From assembly GCF_006345805.1 (NCBI RefSeq), contig NC_043020.1, positions 27,838,001-27,902,000 of the forward strand: a stretch of 64,000 bases of DNA, in the 5' to 3' direction. Below the pieces are notes generated by a model. It was not told the origin of the DNA. It worked only from the letters and a program-made list of their open reading frames with translations, and ran no database searches. Made by a program: the position numbers and the translations under genes. Source of the stretch: Octopus sinensis (lineage: Eukaryota). Below are positions 28,679-40,949 of the stretch, piece by piece (position 1 is the stretch's first letter; each line of letters starts with the position of its first letter).

Positions 28679-30154
28679 ATGTCGAAATTTACCGAGGAAA
28701 TTAAGCGTTATTATTCGTGTCGATGGAGATTATGCTATGCTTGTGGTGTGGCTTTTCTTCTGCTTCAGACTTTGAGAGTCGATCTAAGTATGGCTTTTGT
28801 ATGCATGTTGAAAACACCCAATCGTACAACTGAGGAAGTTAACAATTCTACAAACGACCAACTTTGTTCTGGTTTGCAAAATCATTCAACAAACCAAACT
28901 TTCGAAGGAGAAATCGAATGGAGCGACACACTTCAATCTAACATGTTGGCTGGGTATTTTTATGGGTATATGGTGACTAATATTTTGGGTGGATTTTTGG
29001 CAGACAAATATGGTGGGAAAAGAGTTCTAGGAGGTTCACTACTTTCGGCATCCATCCTGACCATTCTTCATCCAAGTTTATCTCGAATTAGTGGTTATTT
29101 TACTCTGATTCTAAGGATATTAACTGGCGTCGTATCGGGGCCAATGTCCTCAGCAATTCAGTCCTTATTTGGACGCTGGGGACCACCCCAAGAGAAAGGA
29201 TTATTAATAGGGTTTGCATTTGCAGGTCAAATTCTAGGTAGCATTGTAGGTCTTTCAATATCTGGTTTTCTTTGTGATTATGGCTTCGATAATGGATGGG
29301 GTTCCATATTCTATGTATTTGGTGGATTATCGTTGGTGTTTAGTTGTGTGTGTTTTTATGTTGTTCACGATAATCCAAACGGTCATCCCACGATCAGCGA
29401 AGAAGAACTTTCTTATTTAAACAAAAGTATAAAATGTCGAAATGTAGTTAAGAAAGTACCATGGAAACAGTTGGTGTTATCACCTGCTGTCTGGGCAATC
29501 AACTTTGGTTTGTTTTCCTATGCCTGGACAAGTATATCTTTCCAGGTATTGCTCCCTCTATATATGAAAGAAGCCTTAAATGTTAAAACAACGTCCAATG
29601 GTTTAATGTCGTCTGCCCCTGCCATTGGACAAGTCATTGCTCTTCCGTTGTGTGGAAGATTTGCAGATTTTATACGTTCAAAGAAATATCTCTCAACTCG
29701 TGCTGTGCGTATTTTATTCCAGACTTTTTCTATGGTAGCATCAGCAAGTTTGTTGATTGTAATAGGATTTCTCAGATGTGATCAAACCATTGTAATAAGT
29801 ATCCTCTTGTTTCTCAGTGGTATAACAATATCCTTTTGCAGTGGCGGTGCCCTCGTCAGTAACAGTGACATTGCTCCAAGTTACGCTGGTGTTGTATTTG
29901 GAATTTCTGGAACCTTTGCCTCAATAGCAGGCAGCCTTGGTTCCGTGACTGCAAAAGCTCTCACCCCAAACGGTACACAAGAAGAATGGCAGATCGTGTT
30001 TGCCTTATGCGCTGCTATATGTGTATCTGGTGCGATATTATTTGCAATACTGGTAAGAACAGAGATCCAAGACTGGGCGAATTTGGAAGGATCTGGTTCA
30101 TCTGTTTATCCCAAATATACAAAGGGAAGTAAAGTACTGAAAGTAGATTTCTGA
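28679..30154 (+). CDS. SLC17/sialin-like transporter, paralogue 4 (491 aa)
   Basis: Intact ORF from the conserved ATG with all SLC17 motifs. Confidence 0.93.
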   Translation: MSKFTEEIKRYYSCRWRLCYACGVAFLLLQTLRVDLSMAFVCMLKTPNRTTEEVNNSTNDQLCSGLQNHSTNQTFEGEIEWSDTLQSNMLAGYFYGYMVTNILGGFLADKYGGKRVLGGSLLSASILTILHPSLSRISGYFTLILRILTGVVSGPMSSAIQSLFGRWGPPQEKGLLIGFAFAGQILGSIVGLSISGFLCDYGFDNGWGSIFYVFGGLSLVFSCVCFYVVHDNPNGHPTISEEELSYLNKSIKCRNVVKKVPWKQLVLSPAVWAINFGLFSYAWTSISFQVLLPLYMKEALNVKTTSNGLMSSAPAIGQVIALPLCGRFADFIRSKKYLSTRAVRILFQTFSMVASASLLIVIGFLRCDQTIVISILLFLSGITISFCSGGALVSNSDIAPSYAGVVFGISGTFASIAGSLGSVTAKALTPNGTQEEWQIVFALCAAICVSGAILFAILVRTEIQDWANLEGSGSSVYPKYTKGSKVLKVDF

Positions 30155-30795
30155 TTTTTTCCGCTAGATGGCGTATGATATTAATACTATCATTTAGTAC
30201 TACATAGGTGTGTTTAATTTTTTTCTCTAACACATATATATATATAAGTATATGCCTTTATAAGTATGTATAAAGCAATATATATATATATATATATATA
30301 TACAAACACATATATATAGGTCAAACACACCCACACACATACATATATATATTATGAATATATAACTGTTTATATATTTATGTGTGTGTATGTGTGTATG
30401 AGTATGTGTACAGGTAAATATAGAACTAAAAACTTAGATAGCCACAAGTAGGCTCAGTTTGTTTATTTGCATGGAACGTAAAATACACATTATGCAGCAA
30501 AATGAACGAAATTAGTAATGTAATAATCTTATCTTGACAGCTGTTTCGAGGGAAGAACAGCTTATGCCGTAACAACGTTCATAGATAATAAGGACCCATG
30601 ATGTAGGTGTATGAAATATTATTGGTTCTTATAGATTCGTTGAAGGAATTCAGGTAAACCTTGTCAGTAGAATAATAGCAAAGCGTGTCAATTTTCGTAG
30701 TGTTTATATATATATATATATAAAGTTAGTTCTAACATTATTCCGAGGACGTCTATACCACGCTTGCTTTCCGTTGCTCAAGATACTGTGTGTGT

Positions 30796-30837
<42 letters not shown>

Positions 30838-30926
30838 GTGTGTGTGTGTGTGTGCGTGTGTAAAGAAGATAATAAAAAAGAGATAATTGATAAATAATTA
30901 TTTATTAATTAAAAAATTAGACAACA

Positions 30927-31009
30927 TCTCTGACAGCTGTTTCGATTCCAGAACCTTAGAATTTAATTACCAAAATTAAAACCATTTAAAAGTCGAATCG
31001 CATCAGAGT
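30927..31009 (-). ncRNA. Hammerhead-like motif with long stem II (core CTGATGC variant)
   Basis: Minus strand: CT-CTGATGC-GATTC...GAATC-GAAACAGCTGTC-AG. Confidence 0.5.
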
Positions 31010-31578
31010 TGGCTAAAGATATACAATTATGTGTTCAATTCCTGTATGTTGAATATACGGCTCCAAACCGTTGACTGAAAACGATTATCTACCATACCAA
31101 GCATTCAAAAGTACTTTGAAGATGTTGAGTTTTATTTTGAGCAAGAGGGCCTCTTCGACACAACACTAGTAATATAAGAAACAAATTTAATAAGATTTTG
31201 CCGAACGGGTGAATTAGACAACTTCAGTAGAATACCTTCCACGCTCAATGGACCTCACAGCGCGGTAATCTTTGACGGGGGTATTAAAAAGATGAGATTT
31301 ATGGCTCAAAACCGGCTGCAGTGGATAACTGGATGAACTGAGAGCAGTCATGACACGAGAATGCGCACAATTGCCGAACGAAAGGTTTCTTGGTGTTTGC
31401 GACTTCATTGGTTTCCGTTAGCAATGTATTTTAATAAACAGAGTATATAATCATTCAATATGTGTACAAATGTTTTAGATACCCTATATATATATATACA
31501 TAAAATGTGACCGCGTGTGTACCATTGGCGATTTTTCTTTCCTCTGTCTTCCCTTCTCTGGATCTTTCCTTCTCCTAT

Positions 31579-31613
31579 GTTTCCGACGAAGAGCTCCGCT
31601 CGAAACGTTAAAC
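31579..31613 (+). ncRNA. Variant minimal hammerhead-like motif
   Basis: GTTT-CCGACGAA-GAGC(tcc)GCTC-GAAACGTTA-AAC. A degenerate relative lies at about 18950-18987. Confidence 0.45.
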
Positions 31614-31704
31614 CTCCTTCTTCCCTTCTTTCCTGAGCGTCAATAATACTATATTTGTTCCCGTCTCGCGTGTTTTGTGTTTTTTTGTGCTTTCATGTTT
31701 GGAT

Positions 31705-31752
<48 letters not shown>

Positions 31753-31836
31753 CATATATATATAATATATATATATATATAATATATATATATATATATC
31801 TATATATATATATATATATAATATAATATATGTATA

Positions 31837-32203
31837 TCCTCTCTATATATAACGGCAGTTGTCTGTGTGTGTTTCTGTGTGTCTGTCAGGTGTACCCTCA
31901 CCCTGACCACGGCTTTCAACCGATTCTGATGAAACTTGACACACACAAGCCCAATGTCATAATTCAAAACTAACGCAGCGAAAATTTTGAAAAGTTCCCC
32001 CAGTTCTGAAAAAAATCGATAAATTCGACATGGAGTCGAGAATCAGAAACACAAACCACAGACTGTCTAGGGGACGCAACTCGACCTTTTTAACTAAAAA
32101 AAATTTACCATAATTTTTTTTCCATTTTTTGGCTATAACTCTCTAAAAATGCTTTATAGTTATTTCCCTTACAAACCCGAGCAACGCCGGGCGATACTGC
32201 TAG
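31837..32203 (+). mobile_element. Non-autonomous Helitron-like element
   Basis: TC start, subterminal hairpin CCCG-agcaacgc-CGGG, and CTAG end followed by T. A second copy lies at about 33320-33703. Confidence 0.7.
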
Positions 32204-32764
32204 TAGCCAAATAAATCAACCCACGGATCACTGGTGCTTATTTTTCGATCTGCGAATAGATGAAAAAGCTTTGCAAAATTTGAAGGAATATAAACGCGGA
32301 GTCACAAAATTGTAGCAGTACGTAATTATCGCGAGTTTTTCGTATTATACATAACCCCATACTCATTTATGAAGCACTGTGAAAGTATTAAACCTACCTC
32401 AGTACTTGACTGATGTTTCATTTTTATCGATTCATGAATGATGAAAGTTATTGTAGCAATCCCTACAGAAAAGATGAAAGACACTTCGTTCGATAGCATA
32501 TGTAAGAAATAGTTATCTAACAATAAAACCTACTGGAGACTATAATAAAGAACCATGATAACAACGAGCCAATATACAACCCTTAACAATAACGAAACAC
32601 TTGCGTATCTCGGCGAATGTAAAGAATACGCACACCTAGTGGATTAGGTAGGTTTTACGCCGAAAACAGTGGTGTGCGTATTCTTTACCTCCGCCCGGAT
32701 CTCCTACACTATGAGTTGACCCCCAAAGTACGTATTAAAGATAAATGAATACTTTGCGCTGGTA

Positions 32765-33120
32765 TAGATGTGTGATTAGAGGTTTGGTTCTCAACCACAT
32801 GGTTTCGGGTTCAATCCCATTGCGAGCCAAGAAAAGCATTGCGAGTGGATTTGATCGACGGAAACTGAAAGAATCCCATAGTATGTATGTATGTGTGCGT
32901 TTGTATCTGTTCTCCACCGCTTGACAACCGGTGTTGATTTGTTTACGCCCCCATAACTTAATGGTTCGGCCAAAGAGACTAATACATTAAGTACCAGGCT
33001 TGAAGAAAATAAGTACTGGGCTCGATTTGTCTGACTAAAGCCCTTCATTCAAGGCGTCACCCCAGCGTGGCTGCTATCCAATGACTAAACCAGTAAAGAT
33101 TGAAAAAATAAAAAACAAAA
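32765..33120 (+). mobile_element. Diverged SINE family A copy
   Basis: AACCACATGGTTTCGGGTTCAATCCC, GGAAACTGAAAGAA and the tail block. Confidence 0.7.
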
Positions 33121-33138
33121 TGAGTGAGTGACTGTGTG

Positions 33139-33279
33139 GAGGCGCAAGAGTGGCTGTGTGGTAAGTTTAGGGTTCAGTCCCACTGCGTGACATCTTGGAC
33201 AAGTGTCTTCTACTATAGCCCTCGGGCCGAGCAAAGCCTGTGAGTGGATTTGGTAGACGGAAACTGAAATAGCCCGCCG

Positions 33280-33285
<6 letters not shown>
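33139..33285 (+). mobile_element. SINE family A 5' half, interrupted by a Helitron-like element
   Basis: GGCGCAAGAGTGGCTGTGTGG...GGTAGACGGAAACTGAAA followed by (TA)n. Confidence 0.75.
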
Positions 33286-33315
<30 letters not shown>

Positions 33316-33319
33316 ATAT

Positions 33320-33703
33320 ATATAAACGGCAGTTTGTCTGTGCGTGTTTCTGTGTGTCTGTTTGCTTGTACCCTCACCCTGACCATGGCTTTCAACAACC
33401 GATTTGATGAAACTTGACACACACATAGCCCAATGTCATAATTCAAAACTAACGCAGCGAAAATTTTGAAAAGTTCCCCCAGTTCTGAAAAAAATCGATA
33501 AATTCGACATGGGGTCGAGAATCAGAAACACGAACCACAAACTGTCTAGGGGACGCAACTCCACCTTTTTTAAATCTCAAAAAAAAATTTACCATCATTT
33601 TTTTCCATTTTTCCATTTTTTGCTATTTTTTGGCTAAACTCTCTAAAAATGCTTTATAGTTATTTCCCTTACAAACCTGAGCAACGCCGGGCGATACTGC
33701 TAG
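33320..33703 (+). mobile_element. Non-autonomous Helitron-like element, copy 2
   Basis: Near-identical to 31845-32203; ends GCGATACTGCTAG|T. Confidence 0.7.
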
Positions 33704-33789
33704 TATGTATATATATGTACGTATATATGTATGTATATATGTATGTATATATATATGTATGTATGTATGTATATGCGTTTGTATGCGTA

Positions 33790-34332
33790 TATGCTATTCA
33801 GTTAACATAATGCCTTATCTAATTAGGTGTAATTATCAACTAGGACAAATGAAGATATCGTGTAACAGACGACAGCTGGCCTAGTATTATGTAATATATA
33901 AATGATTCTTTTAACGTATTCACACATTCAGACACACTGACAGTGTGGGTATTTTGTAATTTCCATGTCAATATAAGCGACTTTAATATTAAAAGACCAT
34001 TCCTTACTGTCTTATGAGATCATATATTACTTGATGCTGTAGGTCTATTAGATGCGCTAAATATAATTGGAGACAGCGTTGTCATAGGTGGAATGAAGTC
34101 TACCATAGACTTGGAATTTCAGGAATTACTGAGCGTTAACAATTAAATCGTGTGTCGTTCTGTCACTGGAGGATTACATGACATCAAGGCATTCGTAGGA
34201 ATATAATAGATACCGAATGAAGGAGAGAATTTGCTCAGATTCTGTTGTAGCTTGAGTTGACAATGATCGCGGGCGCCATTGTATACGAAGGGCCAGGAGA
34301 GACGTGAGGAAGATGACAAAGAAACGGTAAGT
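33790..34332 (+). promoter_or_regulatory. Upstream conserved block and putative first exon of SLC17 copy 5; donor GT at 34327
   Basis: AGATGACAAAGAAACG|GTAAGT; TAAATATAA at 34058. Confidence 0.72.
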
Positions 34333-34739
34333 AAAGAGAAACACAAACACACACATATACATATATATTCATGCAGATACACACATACTTATACTCACAC
34401 ACACACACATACATTATTTTGGTTGAGGCCGTCTCCTCTTACTCTGTGGCGACTCAACCTATCTGAAGATCTCGTGCACCTACAGGTGAAACTCGGAGTA
34501 GCAAAAGACTGACTCGACCAATATAAAATATCATTAATTTTTACCATTCTTTTGATTAATTAACCCTAAACGAATATGTGTGTGTGTGTGTGTGTGCGTA
34601 TAGGTGTGTATGAGTCAGTGAGTGCGTGTGCGGGTGCATGTATATATGTATGTATGTATGTATGTATATATATGTGTGTGTATGTGTGTGTGTGTGTGAT
34701 AAAATTATTTTAGCATTTTCTACCTTGTCTTATTTACCG

Positions 34740-34821
<82 letters not shown>

Positions 34822-35139
34822 CATATATATTGATAAAAATAGTAAGACAACAAAAGAATGAAAGAGACCTCGGTATCATTTAAACAGAGGAATTTATCTG
34901 TAAAAGTAATATGTGATAATTATTCGGTAGCCTTGAAAAGATATGTACCTGTAGGGTCGAATAAACCTGTGCTTCCGGCCTATGTTTGGTAAGTATCAGA
35001 TAGAACATTACGGATGTGTGCACAGAGAAAAACAACCAATCATAAACTCGTAACGGCTGTTTCTTATGCATCATAAATAAAAGAACGAGAACAGCTGTAG
35101 TGAGCTGACAATTATCCATTGTATGTTATTATACATTTG

Positions 35140-35369
35140 ATTCTCTTACTCTTTTACTATTTTACTCGTTTCAGTCATTTGACTGCGGCCATGCTGGAGC
35201 ACCGCCTTTAATCGAGCAACTCGACCCCGGGACTTATTCTTTTGTAAGCCCAGTACTTATTCTATCGGTCTCTTTTGCCGAACCGCTAAGTAACGGGGAC
35301 ATAAACACACACCAGCATCGGTTGTCAAGCAATGCTAGGGGGACAAACACACACACACAAACACACACA

Positions 35370-35428
<59 letters not shown>

Positions 35429-35441
35429 GATATATATATAT

Positions 35442-35494
<53 letters not shown>

Positions 35495-35663
35495 ACATAT
35501 ATACGACGGGCTTCTTTCAGTTTCCGTCTTCCAAATCCACTCACAAGGCTTTGGTCGGCCCGAAGCTATAGCAGAAGACACTTGCCCAAGGTGCCACGCA
35601 GTGGGACTGAACCCAAAACCATGTGGTGGTATGCAAGCTACCTACCACACAGCCACTCCTGCG

Positions 35664-35664
<1 letters not shown>
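35140..35664 (-). mobile_element. SINE family A, full length
   Basis: Reverse complement of the family A consensus, with internal (TA)n and an (AAGAGTA)n-like tail. Confidence 0.88.
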
Positions 35665-35757
<93 letters not shown>

Positions 35758-35834
35758 ATTAATATTTGAGGGAATATTATTCCTAACTTACAGGGAAAAA
35801 TTCAATTTAGAAATACTAAATCAAATTTCGCAAA

Positions 35835-36277
<443 letters not shown>

Positions 36278-36416
36278 GTCTTGTATATTATATATATATA
36301 TATATATAGTTATACAATTAAGGGCTCCTAAATAAAGATGCCGAGTGCTGGGAACACAAAAAGGGGATGAATTTATCGAGAGTGAAAATAAAAAACGTTT
36401 ACCGATAACTTTAACA

Positions 36417-36490
36417 ACTCGTACCGCGGTTTCTGCTTCTTTCTAGCAAAACACAGAATATGTTTGCTAAGGCCAGCTTCATCAGCGAGT
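36417..36490 (-). ncRNA. Type I hammerhead ribozyme
   Basis: Minus strand: ACTCG-CTGATGA-[stem II with TAGCAAAC/GTTTTGCTA]-GAAACCGCGGTA-CGAGT. Confidence 0.82.
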
Positions 36491-36862
36491 CGCCTGAATT
36501 TAATCGAGGTCGCAGCGATGTGGGACTATGTGTTAAATCCGACTACTAGCAGATCCTAACTTTTCAAATCTCTGCGCGACGACGCAAAATTTACACGGGC
36601 ATGCCGGGAAGAATTTTACGAATAAATCCATCATGTAGTATGCGAATATAAACAAGAGGGGTAGTAATATTATTTACTACCAGGTGCCCAGCACAAAAGA
36701 CGAATTAGTCATAAGACAAAAATATTATTCATATAGAAAAATATTATTCATGTAGTTATACAATTAAGGGCTCCTAAATAAAGATGCCGAGTGCTGGGAA
36801 CACAAAAAGGGGATGAATTTATCGAGAGTGAAAATCAAAAACGTTTACCGATAACTTTAACA

Positions 36863-36936
36863 ACTCGTACCGCGGTTTCTGCTTCTTTCTAGCAAAACAC
36901 AGAATATGTTTGCTAAGGCCAGCTTCATCAGCGAGT
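36863..36936 (-). ncRNA. Type I hammerhead ribozyme (second tandem unit)
   Basis: Identical to 36417-36490. Confidence 0.82.
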
Positions 36937-37553
36937 CGCCTGAATTTAATCGAGGTCTGCAGCGATGTGGGACTATGAGTTAAATCCGACTACTAGCAGA
37001 TCCTAACTTTTCAAATCTCTGCGCAGACGCAAAATTTACACGGGCATGCCGGGAAGAATTTTTCGAATAAATTCATCATGTAGTATGCGAATATAAACAA
37101 GAGGGGTAGTAATATTATTTACTACCAGGTGCCCAGCACAAAAGACGAATTAGTCATAAGACAAAAATATTATTCATATAGAAAAATATTATTCATGTAG
37201 TTATACAATTAAGGGCTCCTAAATAGAGATGCCGAGTGCTGGGAACACAAAAAGGGGATGAATTTATCGAGAGTGAAAATCAAAAACGTTTACCGATAAC
37301 TTTAACAACTCGTACCGCGGTTTCTGCTTCTTTCTAGCAAAACACTTTTTGTGCTGGGCACCTGGTAGTAAATAATATTACTACCCCTCTTGTTTATATT
37401 CGCATACTACATGATGAATTTATTCGTAAAATTCTTCCCGGCATGTCCGTGTAAATTTTGCGTCTGCGCAGAGATTTGAAAAGTTAGGATCTGCTAGTAG
37501 TCGGATTTAACACATAGTCCCACATCGCTGCAGACCTCGATTAAATTCAGGCG

Positions 37554-37627
37554 ACTCGCTGATGAAGCTGGCCTTAGCAAACATATTCTGTGTTTTGCTA
37601 GAAAGAAGCAGAAACCGCGGTACGAGT
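37554..37627 (+). ncRNA. Type I hammerhead ribozyme (inverted unit, sense to SLC17 copy 5)
   Basis: ACTCG CTGATGA ... GAAACCGCGGTA CGAGT read directly on the + strand. Confidence 0.82.
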
Positions 37628-38141
37628 TGTTAAAGTTATCGGTAAACGTTTTTGATTTTCACTCTCGATAAATTCATCCCCTTTTTGTGTTCCCAGCACT
37701 CGGCATCTTTATTTAGGAACCCTTAATTGTATAACTACATGAATAATATTTTTCTATATGAATAATATTTTTGTCTTATGACTAATTCGTCTTTTGTGCT
37801 GGGCACCTGGTAGTAAATAATATTACTACCCCTCTTGTTTATATTCGTATATATATATATATATAGTTGTCTGTTTTTTCGTTGTTAAAAAAATTGTCCG
37901 TTCCATGCTTGTTTTTACTTTTTCGTTTCACGTTGAGTTCTACGTCTATTTGTGGTGTCCTGTACTCACGTATATATATTTATATATGCATGTATATATA
38001 TACATGTAGATGTAGGTACGTACATATATGTTTGTATGTATGCATATATTTTATTTATTACACTATTGTATGACTGAGCGCCCTCGCGTCGATTCGATTC
38101 GATTCGTTTCGTTTCGTTTCTTCTTCTTCTCTAAGCTGGTT

Positions 38142-38188
<47 letters not shown>

Positions 38189-38219
38189 CATATACAATGT
38201 ATACAAATGCCTGCAGTAT

Positions 38220-39223
38220 TGTTAATTTTATCAGAAATGAAAACTACAACGTTGGTTTTAAAGATTTATTGTTGATTAGTCGCATTTCAGTGAATGCACC
38301 ACTTTCGCCTGATTCCTGTTTCAACAAAGAACTTTGAGAGACATAAAGAATTATTCAAAGAACTTTCTTTCTCAACTTCACCAATTCTGTCCACTGACAT
38401 TTGTCACTCAACTGATATTTCCTAAACCTGGATCTTCAGTTTCTGCCACATTATAAATGCAAGAAACGGATTACTAAATGACTAAACCTGGACTAGAACT
38501 AGGAAGTATCCTGTAAACGCCTGCAGACAGGTAGACTGAGCTAATATAATATATAATTAAAGACTACAAACCGTATTACAAACACAACTTTCTGGAATTT
38601 TTCTGTCAAATTTTTCTATCAAATTTTTCTATCAAATTTATGCTGATCTTTCAGGTCGGTTTTCATATATCTTTCAGCAGTTTCTTTTATATGTAAGAAG
38701 CATCATATATATATAGAAAGAAAGAATTGGAAATCAATTACTGTTCTTGAATCTCTGTTCTCTATATCTTACTGTCACAACTCAGCACTTTCAAGGTAAA
38801 CTTATTCCTTGATTGTACTCTTATCTTAACGTGATGTTCTCTATTTCTTAGTTAAAGTGAAACGGAAAAAAGTTACTAAAACAAACATAACTGATGTATA
38901 TCGATTCTTGGTTTTACAGAGATTGAAAAAAGAAGTCCATGATTAGCGATAATAAATTTTACCAATGTACTGAGAAACACAAATGTACCAAACACATCTT
39001 CCTCCTCATTTCGGGAGAACACATCTCATTCAATTAAATATTCACTTTGATAAGAAAACAAACATCTTTTATGGAAAGAAATTATGTTAAACAAATCAAC
39101 GAAGCAAAGTTCTTAAACTGCCGCGATTGTCTTCCAGTCTAATATATTACTCACGGATTAATATACATTCAAACATTTAACTTCCAGAAAAACATTGTGG
39201 GAATCTGTGGACAGGACATAATA
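38220..39223 (+). promoter_or_regulatory. Splice acceptor (AG 38289-38290) and leader of SLC17 copy 5
   Basis: CGCATTTCAG|TGAATGCACC followed by the homologous leader. Confidence 0.68.
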
Positions 39224-40696
39224 ATGTCGAATTTTACCAGTTGCATTAAGCGTCATTGTTCATGTCGATGGAGATTATGTTATGTCTGTGCTACCGCTTT
39301 TCTTCTGCTACAAACTTTACGAGTTGACCTAAGCATGGCTTTTGTTTGCATGTTGAAAACACCTCATCATACAACGGAGGATGTGAACTTTACTGCAAAC
39401 AACCAACGTTGTTCCGGTTTAAGTAATCATTCCGTAAACAGAGATTTTGAAGGGGAATTAGAATGGAGTGACACGTTACAAGCAAACATGTTGGCTGGGT
39501 ATTTTTATGGGTTTATAGCAACCAACATTTTGAGTGGTTTATTATCTGACAAATACGGAGGAAAAAGAGTTCTAGGAGGTTCACTTCTTTCGGCATCCAT
39601 CCTGACCATTCTTCACCCAAGTTTATCTCGCATTAGTGGTTACATTACTCTGGTTCTAAGGATATTAACAGGTGCAGTATCGGGGTTGCTATCACCAGCA
39701 ATTCACTCTTTATTTGGACGCTGGGGACCACCACAAGAGATAGGTCTGTTGATAGGTTTTGCATTTGCTGGTCAAATTCTAGGTAACATTATAGGCCTTT
39801 CAACAGCAGGTTACCTTTGTGTTTATGGATTTGATCATGGATGGGGTTCCATATTTTATGTATTTGGTGGGATATCGTTATTGTTTAGTTGTGTGTTGTT
39901 TTATGTTGTTTACGATAATCCAGACGTTCATCCCACTATCAGCGAAGAAGAACGTTCTTACTTAAACAAAACAATAAAATGTGAAAGAGTAGTCAGAAAA
40001 GTACCCTGGAAACGGCTGTTGACCTCACCGGCTGTCTGGGCAATCAACCTTGGTATGTTTGCTTATGCTTGGACCGATATATCTTTCCAGACATTGCTAC
40101 CCCTTTATATGAAAGAAGCCTTAAACGTTAAAACAACCTCTAATGGTGTAATGTCATCAGCCCCTTCGGTTGGACAAATCATAGCTCTACCGCTGTGTGG
40201 AAAATTTGCAGACTTTATACGTTCGAAGAAATGTCTGTCAACTCGCTCTGTTCGGATTTTATTCCAAATATTTGCTCTGATTGTTTCGGCAGGTCTGCTG
40301 GTTGTGATAGGATTCCTCAGATGTGACCAAACCGTTGTAATAACTCTCCTTTTGTTTCTCAGTGGAATAATAATATCATTTACCAGTGGCGGTGTTCTTG
40401 TCAACAATAGTGACATTGCTCCAAGTTATGCTGGTATTGTGTTTGGAATCGCGAACACTTTTGCCTCAACGTCGGGCAGTATTAGTTCCTTAACTACAAA
40501 AGCTCTCACCCCAAACGGTACACTCGAAGAATGGCAGATCGTGCTTGCCTTATGTGCTGCTATATGTGTATCTGGTGCGATATTATTTGCAATATTGGTA
40601 AAAGCTGAGATCCAAGACTGGGCAATTTCTGAAGGGTCAGGGTCATCTGTTCATCCCAGCGGCACAAACAGAAATGTAGCGGCTAAACTAGTTTAG
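39224..40696 (+). CDS. SLC17/sialin-like transporter, paralogue 5 (490 aa)
   Basis: Intact ORF from the conserved ATG with all SLC17 motifs. Confidence 0.93.
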   Translation: MSNFTSCIKRHCSCRWRLCYVCATAFLLLQTLRVDLSMAFVCMLKTPHHTTEDVNFTANNQRCSGLSNHSVNRDFEGELEWSDTLQANMLAGYFYGFIATNILSGLLSDKYGGKRVLGGSLLSASILTILHPSLSRISGYITLVLRILTGAVSGLLSPAIHSLFGRWGPPQEIGLLIGFAFAGQILGNIIGLSTAGYLCVYGFDHGWGSIFYVFGGISLLFSCVLFYVVYDNPDVHPTISEEERSYLNKTIKCERVVRKVPWKRLLTSPAVWAINLGMFAYAWTDISFQTLLPLYMKEALNVKTTSNGVMSSAPSVGQIIALPLCGKFADFIRSKKCLSTRSVRILFQIFALIVSAGLLVVIGFLRCDQTVVITLLLFLSGIIISFTSGGVLVNNSDIAPSYAGIVFGIANTFASTSGSISSLTTKALTPNGTLEEWQIVLALCAAICVSGAILFAILVKAEIQDWAISEGSGSSVHPSGTNRNVAAKLV

Positions 40697-40949
40697 TGAA
40701 ATATTTTGCTAGATTGCTTGTGGCCTCATTATTATCACTTACTGTTACATAGGTGTGTATTTATTCTTTCTTTAATACATATATAGAGATAGGTAGGTAG
40801 ATAGATAGATAGACAGATACATACATACATACATACATACATACAACATACATACATACATACAACATACATACATACATACATAGATGGATAGACAGAT
40901 ATACATATATGTAAGTATATATATATATATAAATATATATATATTATAT

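Larger units (their letters stand above)
36309..37848. mobile_element. Hammerhead-bearing ~445-bp tandem repeat (retrozyme-like): about 2.3 copies, then about 1.1 inverted copies
   Basis: Units start at 36309, 36755 and 37200; inversion junction at about 37345; (TA)n on both sides. Confidence 0.88.

Noticed and set aside
32620-32688. 18-bp perfect inverted repeat GTAAAGAATACGCACACC / GGTGTGCGTATTCTTTAC
   Set aside because: Single short instance between transposon fragments with no assignable function; probably a MITE remnant.
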